Source of the DNA: Methanotrichaceae archaeon
GTDB taxonomy: Archaea > Halobacteriota > Methanosarcinia > Methanotrichales > Methanotrichaceae
Direction of reading: 5' to 3'
Length of the DNA: 42,087 nucleotides
Assembly (NCBI GenBank): GCA_963813075.1
Contig: CAWEXU010000014.1
Span: 1 to 42,087, forward strand
Positions within the stretch are counted from its first letter, which is position 1, and each line of letters opens with the position of its first letter. Positions 1 to 11,417 of this stretch are shown here, in pieces. Position numbers and translations under genes: made by a program. The notes below the pieces were generated by a model. It did no database searches. It was not told where the DNA came from and saw only the letters and a list, made by a program, of their open reading frames with translations.

Positions 1-163
1 CGAGCGTGCGGGAGGGCGGACAAGTGTCGGATTTATAGCGAGACGATATATCATCTGCAGAAATCGAATATGCGTGGTTCACGCAATGAAGCGATTCAAT
101 CTTCTGCTTGATCCGAATAATCTAAATACTGTTGATTGATACAACTAAACTCGGAGCCACTTA

Positions 164-1042
164 ATGAAGCCAAGAGTTTTTCTTTCTCATTCGAAAAAGG
201 ATCGCGAATATATCGAAGAATTAGCAACGGATCTGCGTTCAGCTCGAATAGATGTTTGGTACGATGATTGGGAAATCCCACCTGGAACCTCTCTTCGGGC
301 CAAAATATTTGAAGAAGGTATCACGGAATGCGAATCCCTCTTTTTTATATATTTGACTAAAAATTGAAGAGACTCTTCCTGGGTTCGACGGGAGCTGGAT
401 GCTGCATTCGTTCTTGAACTTGAAAAGATTGGTGGATTCATAGCGATATTTGTTGATTCCGATGATACTAGGCAGTCATTATCGCCGGATCTTCGATCAC
501 TCCGCATTCCGACGATTAATTCTGAAAACTATTCCAGATGCCTACTTGAATTAACCGCGAAATCTTGGGAGGCGCTTTTGAGAAAGAGAATTGTGAAAGC
601 AAACGAAACCAATAATATTAATATTATAAGATTGGAGAAGAAAATTGTGGAACTGGATCTCGAATTGACTAAGTTAAAACTTTTGGGAGCCATTGATCGA
701 GATAAGATTTTGCAAGAGCTAACTGAAACAAGTTTTGACTTGGATGGCCATTCGATTAGCTTTGTACAGATTTTTCAATCAGTTTCAGAAAATCTTGCTC
801 GTGGAGTGTCAAGTCTCTGGATTGGATCACTAATAGGAAATGCATGTGGTTTAACAGCGAGCCAATGGAGGGAACTCAAAGGAGATTTGGAATCAGAAGT
901 AATGGGCAAGTTAGTAATTTTAGGATTAGCCAGGGTTCAGCCACCAGTGGGCTCATGGGATGAGATTTTCTATCTAACGGACTTAGGGATAGAACTAGCA
1001 CTTGAAATCAAATGTCAATCCAAGGAAAACCAAAATGACTAA
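164..1042 (+). pseudogene. TIR-domain protein (TIR + coiled coil + C-terminal domain), interrupted by an in-frame TGA at 365-367
   Basis: N-terminus VFLSHSKKD...VWYDDWEIPPG is a typical TIR start. Reading through the TGA continues in frame as RDSSWVRRELDAAF (catalytic-Glu helix) and joins ORF 578..1042 in the same frame. Confidence 0.85.
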
Positions 1043-1090
1043 TCTTAAGACATAAGATTGGCTCCGGGTAGAATAATGATTTTCATTATT

Positions 1091-1128
1091 TCCTCTTCCC
1101 TTCACGAACGCCAGGATCGATGGCGATG
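1091..1128 (+). repeat. Degenerate direct copy of the pyrG 3' end (4002-4049), candidate att remnant
   Basis: tcctcttccc-ttca---------cgaacgccaggatcgatggcgatg aligns to tcctcttccccttcatcgcttccacaaacgccaggaacggcggcgatg with 34 of 38 positions identical and two gaps. Minus-strand translation SPSILAFV-KG compares with Pyr[14 protein letters not shown]. Confidence 0.65.
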
Positions 1129-1169
1129 CTTCGTTGGTCTCGTCACAACGGAAAGTATGTGAACCGAAA

Positions 1170-2883
1170 TTATCCCTTATCTGAAAAGCCCTGCTTTCTC
1201 CAGGCATCAAGCACTTCATCAAAATCAATTTTTGTGTGTTCTAAATTCCAGGCTCTATAAAACGATGTGTCCTCGCTGCTTGGTCTTGGACTTGGCTTAT
1301 TGATTTTGATTCTAGTTGGCATAATAACAGAGTCTCCTAATAAGATGCACTCACCTCGCCTTAGAGTCGAGAACATACTTGAAATTCCTCTGATTGAATC
1401 GGGCAGCAAATTCTTTACGTATGCTTGGTCATCGGGATTTGTTATTCTAAGACACATAAAGGTATTACACTGCGAAAGAATTGTGGCAGACACTTCCCTG
1501 GGTCTCTGACTAATGACCGTTAGACTTACTCCATACTTCCTGCCTTCTTTCGCGATTCGTTCGGCTGAGGTTCGTGCTGATCCGTTTGAATTATCCACAT
1601 CATTGAGATAGATATGAGCTTCATCGCAAAAGATGGCTACTGGGTGTGAAACGTTGTTGATATATTTAAACCAATAAGCAAAATCGAATATGCATCTCAG
1701 TAGAAGAGAAATAGCAGAATTTCTGACATCAAATGGAATGGAACTCATATTAATCACAACAAGTTTCTTTATGTTTCCATCAACTTCACCTAAAATTTTT
1801 CTAAAAAGGGATTTCCATCGAAGCTGAAGTATTATACCTCTCTGGATGGAATATCAGATTATAGCGCCTATCGTTTAGTCGCGAATCTATCCTCATGAGC
1901 AATCTAGTAAATACTCCATTAAGTGGCCCTTTTATTTTATCACGCTTGCCATCGACCATTTCGACGTCAAGTCTCTTGAATTCATCTAAAATATAATTAA
2001 AATCAAAATATACAGGAGTGTCAATCGTGATTTTGGGTAATCCTAGAGTTTTATTCTCCGAATATTCTTCTTTCGCTTCTTGGAGCAAATCCCTAAATTT
2101 TGCTATTTGGTTTGGAGCTGCGAACTCAGTACGATCAACCATCAATCCAAGCAGTTCTTCGCTATTCATCAGCCAATAAGGCAATTCCAATTCAGATGCA
2201 TCGATGTAATCACAATAGTCACCAAAAGCATCTTTATATTCACCATGCAAATCAAACAGAATCATTGTAGATTTAGGAAAAATTGATATGCTCTGCAATA
2301 TTGATGCAACTGTCCATGATTTCCCGCTTCCAGTTTGCCCTAAGATAGAAGCATGTCTTGTCAGAAATGCATCTAGATTTATTTTTGCATCTTGATCAGG
2401 AATTAGAGATAATTTTCCTATAGAGAACTTTCCTTCAGCGTAATTCTTATAGATATGATCAATTGTTTCATTCAACACTGCGAACGCTTCGCTGTTAACC
2501 GTAGGCAATATGTCCGTTCCTATTTCAAAATCTCCGGAAATGGTAATTTTGCCGATTGGTATTACGGAAAGTATTCGTTTAGGCGATTGTATTGGATACT
2601 GCCCATCTTTTCCCGCTTGCCTCAACTCAGAAATTGATATATTATCCTCTCTCATTTGAATTCCTGTAACTATGCATAAGAGTTGACCGACAGGCAATGA
2701 TATCTTTATAAAGCTACTTGGCTGGCCGATCAATACTGGTTGAGGTCCCGCCTCCGTATTGACGTTAATTGACATCGTCTCTGGGACACCTATTTGATCG
2801 GAATCACCCAAACGATCCATTAATGAAACAGATATCTGATCACCAGATACACTTATTACCTTGCCTATTTTATAAGCACTCAT
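1170..2883 (-). CDS. herA: HerA-like ATPase (DUF87 family) of a SIR2-HerA system; one frameshift near 1810-1815
   Basis: N-terminal HAS-barrel-like region (IGKVISVSG), Walker A GQTGSGKS, FDLHGEY, Walker B IFCDEAH, AKEGRKYG, SQRP. Removing one base joins ORFs 1801..2883 and 1170..1757. Confidence 0.9.
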
Positions 2884-3940
2884 TTATAAAAGCTCCAATC
2901 CTGTATTATTACATAACAAATTTACAAAGGCACTAAATTTCCACATATCAGATTTTTCATCAATTTTTATATTGTTTATACTCATATTATTTTCTGTTAA
3001 ATAATTAAAGGAAGGATATATATTAAATTGCCCAATATTTTCTGGTTCGGACTTAAATAGACCAGTAAATCTGATCTGTACCCTCACGAAGTTTGGGTAC
3101 TATCAGTTGATCGTTTATATGTTGATCTCTTAAACTCGAACCGCAACACAGAATATATTTGCATTGATTACCAATAATTTGAGAAGAATATCGGAACAGT
3201 TTGTCGTATGGATGTTCGAAAGCATCAAATACTTTTTCCATTCTTGGCAGAATCATTGAACGAGTATTATCTCCACTAAGGTTCTCACTCGTTTCGATCA
3301 CATCTTCACCATTCTTATACCACGAAATTGAACCATGCAATTTGATTAACCGGATATAGGGTTCTTTGTAATCTTCAAACATACTTTCTCTATTTATTCT
3401 ACCGTATTTTAATTCTAATCTATCGATATCAAAGTATCGATTCAATATGCCTTCAAAACCGTTATAAATTGGTATTTTCGCGTTCATAGCGGCACGCTCA
3501 AATAACATATCATAATTTGTCGTAAAAATCCAAATGCATTCATTTCTATTCGAATGCAACTTCTTCACAGCTTCCAAAAATTTTATATGGTATTTCAAAT
3601 TAATGTTTGTTGTGGGAGTGAGTTCTTCAATTATTTTGTTCCTTATTGATTTTTCTAATTCATCCGCAGACAACTCTACATTATGCTGATATCTATAAAT
3701 AGCATCGGACAGGACCTCGATATCAGGAATACCTTCATCCAGCGAATAAAAAATGTGCTCCGCCTTTAAAATAGATTCTATCTTACATCGTTCATCACTA
3801 CTTAATCGCGAGACAACTTTTTTTGTTAAATCTACCGTTTGGGGATAACCTGCTTCCACAGATGTGCCTGCCCCAAAGAAGAAACCAATATTAGAGCATC
3901 CTGAACTTATTGGGAAAACATCTTCTAATTTTAGTACCAT
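2884..3940 (-). CDS. SIR2-like (SIR2_2) NADase; one frameshift near 3080
   Basis: Motifs FFFGAGTS, IFTTNYD and IKLHGSISW. C-terminus continues in ORF 2884..3087, whose TAA directly abuts the HerA ATG. Confidence 0.9.
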
Positions 3941-3990
3941 GTTTAATCCTTTAAAAAATATATTTGGCCCAGTTAAATTAACTATACATT

Positions 3991-5598
3991 TTACTTTTTT
4001 GTCCTCTTCCCCTTCATCGCTTCCACAAACGCCAGGAACGGCGGCGATGGCCTGCCCGGCCGGGACTTCATCTCCGGGTGGAACTGGGAGGCGAAGAAGA
4101 ACGGATGCTCCGGTATCTCGCAGATCTCCATCAGGTCACCGTTCCTGCCGGAGAAGATCATCCCCTTCTCCTCAATGGGCTTGATATAAGCGGGATTGAC
4201 CTCATAGCGGTGCCTGTGCCTCTCCACGATATTGGTGCTGCCGTAGATCCGGTGCGCCAGGCTGCCCTCCAATAAGTGTGCGGGATAATTTCCCAGGCGC
4301 ATAGTCGCTCCCATATGCCTGATCTTCTCCTGCTCAGGCAAAATGGCGATCACCGGATGGGGGGTGTCACCGAACTCAGTGCTTCCCGCCCCCTCCAGGC
4401 CGCAGACGTTCCGGGCATACTCGATCACCGCCAGCTGCATGCCAAAGCAGATCCCCAAATAGGGAACCTTCATCTCCCGGGCATACTGCACCGCCTTGAT
4501 CTTGCCCTCCGTACCGCGGGAGCCAAAGCCGCCCGGCACCAGAATACCGTCCGCCTCCCGCAGGATCAGATCGGCTGATCCGTGCTCCAGCTCCTCGGCA
4601 TCGATCCAGACGATCTCCGTCCGGACGCCAGCCTCAATCCCCGCATGCTTTAAGGATTCCCGAATGGAAAGGTATGCATCCTCCATCGGATCGGCACACT
4701 GCTGGCCCACGGTGTACTTGCCCACAATTGCCACTTTGACCGATCCCGTGACCGCTTCCATTTTTTTTACAAACTCGTCCCAGTCCTTCTTCTCCTCCAG
4801 AGGAAAGAGCCTCATCTCCTTCATGATGTACCTGGCAATGCCCTCGGCCTCCATCTGCAGAGGGATTTTGTAGATATCGTCTGCATTGTGGGCGCTGATC
4901 ACCGCCTCCTTCGGCACATCGCAAAACTGGGCGATCTTGGCCTTGGTCTCTGGGAGCAGGGGATTCTCACAGCGAACCACGATCATGTCCGGCTGCAGGC
5001 CCAGCTCCCTCATCACCTTCACGCTATGCTGAGTGGGCTTGGTCTTCTGCTCCCCATCGGTGGTTGAGGGGGCAAGGGTTACATGGACAAAGAAGATGTT
5101 CCCCGACTCCTCGTACTTGAGCTGGCGCATGGCCTCGAGGAACGGCATGGACTCGATATCGCCCACCGTTCCCCCCACCTCGATCAGGCATATCTCGCAG
5201 CCGCCATCCCGGGATACCTGGCGGATGCGCTTTTTGATCTCCTCGGTGATATGGGGGATGATCTGCACCGTCTTGCCCAGATACTCCCCCCGCCGCTCCT
5301 TCTCGATGACTGTGCTGTAGACCTTGCCGGTGGTGATGTTGTGGTCTCGAGTCAGCTCGACATCCAAAAAGCGCTCATAGTTACCCAGGTCCAGGTCCAC
5401 CTCTCCTCCGTCCTTGAGAACATAGACCTCTCCGTGCTGAAAGGGACTCATGAGCCCGGCATCGATATTGATATAGGGATCGATCTTTATGGCCGTGACT
5501 TTATAGCCCCTGTTCATGAGCAGCCGGCCGATGGAAGCCGCGGTTATGCCTTTCCCCAAGCCGCTCATAACTCCGCCTGTGACCACGATATATCTCAT
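3991..5598 (-). CDS. pyrG: CTP synthase
   Basis: [42 protein letters not shown]. Confidence 0.98.
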   Translation of the reverse strand: MRYIVVTGGVMSGLGKGITAASIGRLLMNRGYKVTAIKIDPYINIDAGLMSPFQHGEVYVLKDGGEVDLDLGNYERFLDVELTRDHNITTGKVYSTVIEKERRGEYLGKTVQIIPHITEEIKKRIRQVSRDGGCEICLIEVGGTVGDIESMPFLEAMRQLKYEESGNIFFVHVTLAPSTTDGEQKTKPTQHSVKVMRELGLQPDMIVVRCENPLLPETKAKIAQFCDVPKEAVISAHNADDIYKIPLQMEAEGIARYIMKEMRLFPLEEKKDWDEFVKKMEAVTGSVKVAIVGKYTVGQQCADPMEDAYLSIRESLKHAGIEAGVRTEIVWIDAEELEHGSADLILREADGILVPGGFGSRGTEGKIKAVQYAREMKVPYLGICFGMQLAVIEYARNVCGLEGAGSTEFGDTPHPVIAILPEQEKIRHMGATMRLGNYPAHLLEGSLAHRIYGSTNIVERHRHRYEVNPAYIKPIEEKGMIFSGRNGDLMEICEIPEHPFFFASQFHPEMKSRPGRPSPPFLAFVEAMKGKRTKK

Positions 5599-5601
5599 TG
5601 T

Positions 5602-6876
5602 TTACGCCTTCAGGAGCGTAGCCGCTCCGTATATGATAAGGGTGACGATTAAAATCGACGATACGAGAGCCCCTGGGAACTCCGGGATGCTTTCGGTGAT
5701 GAATGTCAGAACCAATGCGACAACAAGGCTCAGAAATATAATTGCCGGTATGATCTGCATCATCCCGATGGTCCTGAAGTCCTCCTCCTCAATCCCGTCT
5801 TCAATCTCCTCAAAAGAGATCTGATCGGAATCAGCCAGCTCTCTAGGAATCTCATCCCTCTCCACCCTCTCCTCCGATCCGAAGGGCGTTCTTTGCCCGT
5901 CCTTTAGCCCAAAGAAGCTCTCCAGGTCCTCAGCAGCCTCGTCTCTCTGGGACAATCGATCTTCCTGGTTTGGATCAAAGGGATCAGGCTGATCAATGGA
6001 GCGGTCGATACGATCACGATCAGGGTAATCATCGGCGGCAAAATAATCATCGTCCCTCGATGAGTATCCCTTCTCCTTCAAGGTGCCAGTGCGCTCCTGA
6101 TTGTGATTATTGCCGTCCGTCTCGGAAAGCTCCTCAACCCGGCGAAAACGGCGGCCGGATCGATACCTCTCTAGATCCTGATCCTTTGAGAAGGATAGGT
6201 GCCTGCCATCTTTCTCATCCTCTTCGCTCTGGTTATCCTTCGCCGGGATGAATTCCGTATCAGGATCCTCGGATGATTCGTATGGACCATGGCCCTCATC
6301 CTCATGGTCATCATCCTCTTCGCCATCGTCCATTCCATCGGGATCGATTATATCATGATCAATCCCATATGCATCTATCCCATCTTCTTCCGGATTCCTT
6401 TCCTCTTCCTGATAATCCTCTTTTTGCACTCCCTCTGCCGGGGCAATGTCGCGGATGCGGGCTCGAGAGGAGACCCTGCCCAACCTGCGAGATGGGCCGG
6501 ATCGTCCAGGCTTCACCGGTTCGGTGCCAGAATGCCGATCGGAGTTGGGGCCCATGGAATCCCGCAGAATGGTTATGGGCACCCGGCTCTGACCATTGCT
6601 GCCTTTCAGGATGATCTCTCCATCCAGCCGATCTGTATCATCGGGCATTCGGGCGAAGACGGGTATGATCTGTTTCCCATCCACATGGTCATCTGATCTT
6701 CTGAAGCGAACCGCCTTAATGACGGGATTGCTGGCCAGGAGGGAGATATCAGACGGCTCTCCATCATTGATGATCACCAGGTTGAAAATGGTCTCCTCGC
6801 CGGGAAGAAGATGGAGGACGATGGGCGTCTTGGTATCGCTTCCCTCGTTGATGCGAACAACATGATCCAATCCCAA
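5602..6876 (-). CDS. Hypothetical membrane-anchored protein: N-terminal beta-rich domain, long acidic linker, two C-terminal TM helices
   Basis: 424-aa ORF ending 3 nt before the pyrG start; D/E-rich middle; hydrophobic C-terminus. Confidence 0.8.
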   Translation of the reverse strand: MGLDHVVRINEGSDTKTPIVLHLLPGEETIFNLVIINDGEPSDISLLASNPVIKAVRFRRSDDHVDGKQIIPVFARMPDDTDRLDGEIILKGSNGQSRVPITILRDSMGPNSDRHSGTEPVKPGRSGPSRRLGRVSSRARIRDIAPAEGVQKEDYQEEERNPEEDGIDAYGIDHDIIDPDGMDDGEEDDDHEDEGHGPYESSEDPDTEFIPAKDNQSEEDEKDGRHLSFSKDQDLERYRSGRRFRRVEELSETDGNNHNQERTGTLKEKGYSSRDDDYFAADDYPDRDRIDRSIDQPDPFDPNQEDRLSQRDEAAEDLESFFGLKDGQRTPFGSEERVERDEIPRELADSDQISFEEIEDGIEEEDFRTIGMMQIIPAIIFLSLVVALVLTFITESIPEFPGALVSSILIVTLIIYGAATLLKA

Positions 6877-7014
6877 ACCCCCTCACTAACTACTGTTACA
6901 TAATATTGTATAAATATTTCGCCTGTGAGCCCCGAGCCCATCTCTTCCCCGCTTCTTCATACCGGGCTCTGAGCGAGGATCCGGCCAGACGTCCTTGCCG
7001 GCTTTGAGTATCGA

Positions 7015-7209
7015 TCAGTCTCGCAGATCTGGAGGGAGCATATTTGGAATGCCGTCCTCGATGGGGTAGATCTCATTGCAGGCCTGGCAGCAGAGCTTGC
7101 CGGTTAATATCTCCACCTCATTCTCTTCGAATACCTCCAGGGTTAAGTCCCCTTTGCACAGGGGACAGGCCAGAATGTCAAGAAGATCGCGTTTCATCGC
7201 CGGGGACAT
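7015..7209 (-). CDS. Trm112-like methyltransferase activator
   Basis: LLDILACPLCKGDL...C..C...YPIEDGIPNMLPP. Confidence 0.9.
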   Translation of the reverse strand: MSPAMKRDLLDILACPLCKGDLTLEVFEENEVEILTGKLCCQACNEIYPIEDGIPNMLPPDLRD

Positions 7210-7295
7210 CTGTTCTTATAAAGTATATATCTTTGGTTCCAGATCAGAATTATCCGATTCCGGCGGCCCATGATGGCACTGGACCTTTGCCGCGC

Positions 7296-8087
7296 TCACC
7301 TCAATAATTGCGACGCATTCCTCCAGAGAATGGCCTCTTTTTCCTCCGGCGATAGGTCCAGCCCCTGGATTATCTCCGCTGCCCTGCCCGGCAGCTCCCA
7401 GGGATAGTCGCTGCCGAATATCACCCTATCCACCCCGATATCCCGGATCAGCTCAGCCATCTCCTTTCTTTCCAGATAAAAGGAGACATAGGCGGTATCA
7501 AAATGGACATTTCCTTCTGCGGGAAGAAGATGCCTTTTCGCTTCATCCCACATTCGCATCCCACCCAGATGAGCCAGCTCCATCCTGAGATCGGGATAGC
7601 ACTGGACCACTTTAGCAAAGCGCTCCGGCGTCCCGAAGACCTCCTCCCTTTCCAGAGGGTCCCGGCCGGTATGGGTCACCAGAATCATCCCTCTTTTGAT
7701 CAACCCCTCATAGAGTCTCTCGCAGCCAGGGTCATCGGGATAGAACTCCTGCAGCAGGGGCATTATCTTGACCCCCCGTATGCCGCAGCCGGCCAGCCGG
7801 TCCAGCTCAGCCTCCAGGTTCTCCATAAAAGGATGGATAGCTCCAAAGGGGATCAGGCCCTCTGCGGATACGGACAGGACCCAGTCGTTGAGGCTGGACA
7901 CGTCCTCTCTGCCTTTGGCCAGGGGGAGGAGAACTGACCTTTTGATCCCGGAACGACTCATATGCTCTTTCAGATCCTGGGGCGATCCGCTTCCCGGCAC
8001 CTCTACCTTGAGCTTTCTCCTTGCGGCGGGCAGGATCTTGGCCGCCACCGGCGGAGGATAGATGTGGGTGTGAAAGTCTATTATCAT
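7296..8087 (-). CDS. Amidohydrolase family protein (TIM barrel, Amidohydro_2-like)
   Basis: IIDFHTH, HTG, AHLGG, IFGSDYPW. Confidence 0.9.
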   Translation of the reverse strand: MIIDFHTHIYPPPVAAKILPAARRKLKVEVPGSGSPQDLKEHMSRSGIKRSVLLPLAKGREDVSSLNDWVLSVSAEGLIPFGAIHPFMENLEAELDRLAGCGIRGVKIMPLLQEFYPDDPGCERLYEGLIKRGMILVTHTGRDPLEREEVFGTPERFAKVVQCYPDLRMELAHLGGMRMWDEAKRHLLPAEGNVHFDTAYVSFYLERKEMAELIRDIGVDRVIFGSDYPWELPGRAAEIIQGLDLSPEEKEAILWRNASQLLR

Positions 8088-9217
8088 TCAGATGATCCCC
8101 ATCTCCGTCAGCCTATCGGGTAGATAGGTCTTGGTGACAAAGTCCAGCCCCTTTCCGGCAAAAGCCTGCTGCTCAGCCTTCTTCTTGAGGTCTATCTGCA
8201 GGCGGATCTGCCGCTCCCAGTAGGGATTGGCAAACCTGGGATCGGTAAGCTCGCTCTTCAAGCGCCTGAAGATCCTTGTCCGTGAGCTTGTCCGTGGACA
8301 GGTTGTAGTCCACGATATCGCTGGGCTGCACCCCCAGGAAGCGGGCTCTTGGGGGTTACCAGGTGCTCGGAGAGGTGGGCGCTCTTGATCGCCCCGTAGG
8401 CGATGCTGGCGAAGATGCGATAGGACCAGGGATCGCCATCGGTAAAGACAACCACCGGCAGGTCCAGCTCAGTGTTCAGCCTCTTTATCATCCGCCGGGT
8501 GGACCGGGCAGGCTGTCCTTTGATGTGAACCAAAATGGCATTGTACTCCTCATCAAAGCCGTTCTCGATCAGCCGGGCGTACATCCCGCCGGTCTCAATG
8601 GCCATGACCATCCGGGCATCATGGCTGATGAACTCGATGTTGTCCACGTTGAAGGGTATCTGATAGCCTGCCTCGCCCACGTCCTCCTGGCAGTGCATCT
8701 CCTTCTCTCCCCGGCGGGTCTGCTCTTTCAGGCGCAGCGGCCCGAAGACTGCTGCTCCGTCCTCCTCCGGCCGGACGTGAAAGTCCTCCCGGTGCAGATC
8801 GGTTACGATCTCCAGGTCCTCGATCAGCCGGTCGCTCTCCGCCTGCTCATGAAACTTGGCTATATCCCAGTTCTCGGAGATGTAATAGATCTCTCTTAAT
8901 GTCGAGCCCCGATTGTTCTTGAGGTGCTCATCTATCAGCAGCTCGGTCAGGTGGACGGTCTTGAGAAGGGTCTTGGCTCCGCGCACCGTCTTGACGCTGC
9001 GCGTAGTCTCCTGGTCTCCATAGATCCAGACGTCGTCTTTAGTGGAGAACTCTATATTGCCCTTGGTCCGGGAAGGCAGGGATATATGAGGCACCACCCC
9101 CTGCTGAAACTGGCCGTAGAGCGACTCGGCCAGGCCGAGGAGGTTTTTTTCTGCCTTTTTCGACCGGGAATCCCTCTTCGCCTTATTCGAGCTCTTCAGA
9201 TCCTCTGATTCTGCCAT
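8088..9217 (-). CDS. top6A: DNA topoisomerase VI subunit A; two single-base insertions near 8350 and 8260
   Basis: TLREIYY catalytic-Tyr motif, AIETGG, TDGDPW. Corrected C-terminus [25 protein letters not shown] ends at TGA 8088-8090. Confidence 0.93.
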
Positions 9218-9282
9218 GACCCTCACTCCATTCGCCCAGATTCTATCATCTCTCAGATCCTACCCTGATCAGATCACCCAGA

Positions 9283-11120
9283 TCAAATCACTCTGGCGCC
9301 GGTGACGATCTCCGGGTCCAGACCCTCTACCACCGGCTCCTTTAGCTCTTTGCCATTCGCTCCGATCTGGTAGCTGATGGTGGCCTTCTGGCCCGCCCCG
9401 AGGGAGAGCTTCCAGTGGTGGTCGTATCTATCCCCCAGAGAAATCACCTTGGCCGGGGGACTGACTGAGTCCGCCTTCTCCCCCAAAAGCTCATGCAGCT
9501 TGAAGGATCTTACAAGGTCGCTGTGGTTCTCCACCATCAGACGGACCAGGATATCCGGCCGTCTTGCTGCTCAGTCTCCCGAAAGATCAGCAGGTTGCCC
9601 ATGATCCTGGCCACCACCGGTCCGATGTCTGGCTCCGGGCGGTCCAGGACATCGGATAGCTTCTTGGCGATGCGAGGCAGGATCTTTCTGATGATCTCCT
9701 CCTTCTCCCTTCTTTCGGACAGCAGGCTCTGCCGGCTCAGGTAGCGGCGGAGCTTTCGAGCCACCTCTTTGAGCCCCAGCTCTATCTCCACCAGTATCTC
9801 CGGCATATCGGCCACCGCATCCTTGCTCTCCGAGGTGAAGGGGATATTGGTGGAGGCGATATGCACCAGCAGCACAGCCGGGCCGACGGGAATGCCGCTT
9901 CCTGCAGACTGGCTCAGGGAATAGTTCTTCCAGGATACCGATTCCACGGCATGAGTTATGGCGCAGGCCCCCTGCTGGTAGACCAGAGGGACGCGATTGG
10001 CGAATCTGAGGATCTCTAGCCGGCCTTCTCGAGTTAGCTCACCGCCATAGCCCAGGCCAACCTCAACCAGGAAAGGATTGCCTGAGTAGACTGATACCGG
10101 TCTGGTGCTGGTGGCGATGAAGTCCAGCCGAAACTCCTTTTCCAGACCCGCCCGGATCAGATCCTCTCCTATGGGGGATAAGCAGTCCACCGGGGGCGAC
10201 TTAACCCGTATCTGCTTGAAGGCGGATAGCAGGCGCACTGCCTCCTCGTGCTCCAGGCTTGAGGGAAGCGCTTCCGGGTCCAGATCCGCTTTTTTGCATA
10301 GCTCCTGGGCGGAGATGGAGCCGATGGAGGAGAAGGTCTCCTTTAAAAACACCCGGAGCTTTTTCTTGTCGGTATAGCGCAGGAGCTTGATCAGCTCCCC
10401 AAGCTCTATCCCCTCCGGATGGGGCTGGATGGCATAGGCCTTCTTGGGAAGGCTCTCTGTGGCTCGCTCGAAGACCTCCACATTCCCCTCCGGCTCCACC
10501 AGGGTTATGCGGGCATGGGGGTTGACGATGGCAGCGCTCTTTAAAGAGCCATAGACCGACTGCCTGCGGCTGCGAACATAAGAGCCCTCCATCTCCATCT
10601 CCACCCGCGTTCCCCGCGGCCTCTCCCAGTCCACCTCCTCCGCTTTGATGATCTCCGGCTCGTTTTTTGAGGTATTGATCATCAGCTCACAGTAATATGC
10701 GGGCCTGTCCGGGGCGATCTTGGAGATGACCCTTGTCGGCCTGCCGCTGGTGAGCTGGGAGTAGAGCACCCCGGCGGAGATGCCTATGCCCTGCTGCCCT
10801 CTGCTCTGGCGCAGAGTATGAAATCGAGATCCGTAGAGCAGTTTGGCAAAGACGCGCGGGATCTCCTCAGACACGATGCCCGGTCCGTTGTCCTCCACTA
10901 TGACCTGGAAGTACTCGCCGCTCTTCTTTATCTGCACGAATATGTCCGGCAGAATGCCGGCGTCCTCGCAGGCATCTAAAGAGTTGTCCACCGCCTCTTT
11001 CACACAGGTTATCAGGGCGCGGGGTGCGGAGTCGAATCCGAGGATCTGCCGGTTCTTCTCAAAAAATTCAGCTACGGAGATGGCTTTTTGCTGTTTGGCC
11101 AGCTCCTCAGCGATCTCCAT
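9283..11120 (-). CDS. top6B: DNA topoisomerase VI subunit B; frameshift near 9552
   Basis: [50 protein letters not shown]-terminus lies in ORF 9283..9537. Confidence 0.95.
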
Positions 11121-11138
11121 AAAAGGGGATGATGGGGC

Positions 11139-11369
11139 TTAAAGCTCGGCCCCGACCACGGTCTGGGTAGCGTTGACGTTATCGATCTCTCTGATGACAT
11201 CGACCAGCTTATTGAGCATGCTCAGGCCCTCGACCTCAATGATCACCACAAAGTCGAACTCGCCGAATACATGATACACATCCTTGATGCCGTCGATCTC
11301 CTGCAGAGCATTGTAGACCGTCTTCTCCTGTCCCGGCACCACCTTAACCATCGTTACACCAATTACCAT
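11139..11369 (-). CDS. Lrp/AsnC ligand-binding-domain protein
   Basis: 76 aa with the VYHVFGEFD pattern of a stand-alone RAM domain; upstream of top6B as in related archaea. Confidence 0.88.
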   Translation of the reverse strand: MVIGVTMVKVVPGQEKTVYNALQEIDGIKDVYHVFGEFDFVVIIEVEGLSMLNKLVDVIREIDNVNATQTVVGAEL

Positions 11370-11417
11370 ATTGACTCACCTCTTCACATAGAGCTTATGT
11401 AGATTATATAAGACTTT

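Larger units (their letters stand above)
164..3990. mobile_element. AT-rich defence island at the 3' end of pyrG (left boundary not resolved, may extend beyond the window)
   Basis: Abrupt shift from GC-rich to AT-rich sequence at the pyrG stop codon (3991). Contains only defence-type genes. Degenerate pyrG-end repeat at 1091-1128. Confidence 0.7.

Noticed and set aside
1..100. GC-rich start and hairpin tgcgtg-gtt-cacgca as an attC site, intron end or IS end
   Set aside because: It lacks recognisable attC core sites or a group II intron domain V, and is truncated by the window edge.
1039..1061. Inverted repeat aatctta-agaca-taagatt as a dif/Xer site
   Set aside because: Arm orientation and spacer do not fit the dif pattern. 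It is more simply a terminator between convergent genes.
995..1228. 77-aa minus-strand ORF
   Set aside because: It overlaps the herA and TIR ends. Its only notable segment is the pyrG-end remnant, reported as a repeat.
8258..8360. Programmed frameshifting in top6A, argS or pyrC
   Set aside because: No consistent slippery sites, and the density of indels across unrelated genes points to sequencing error.
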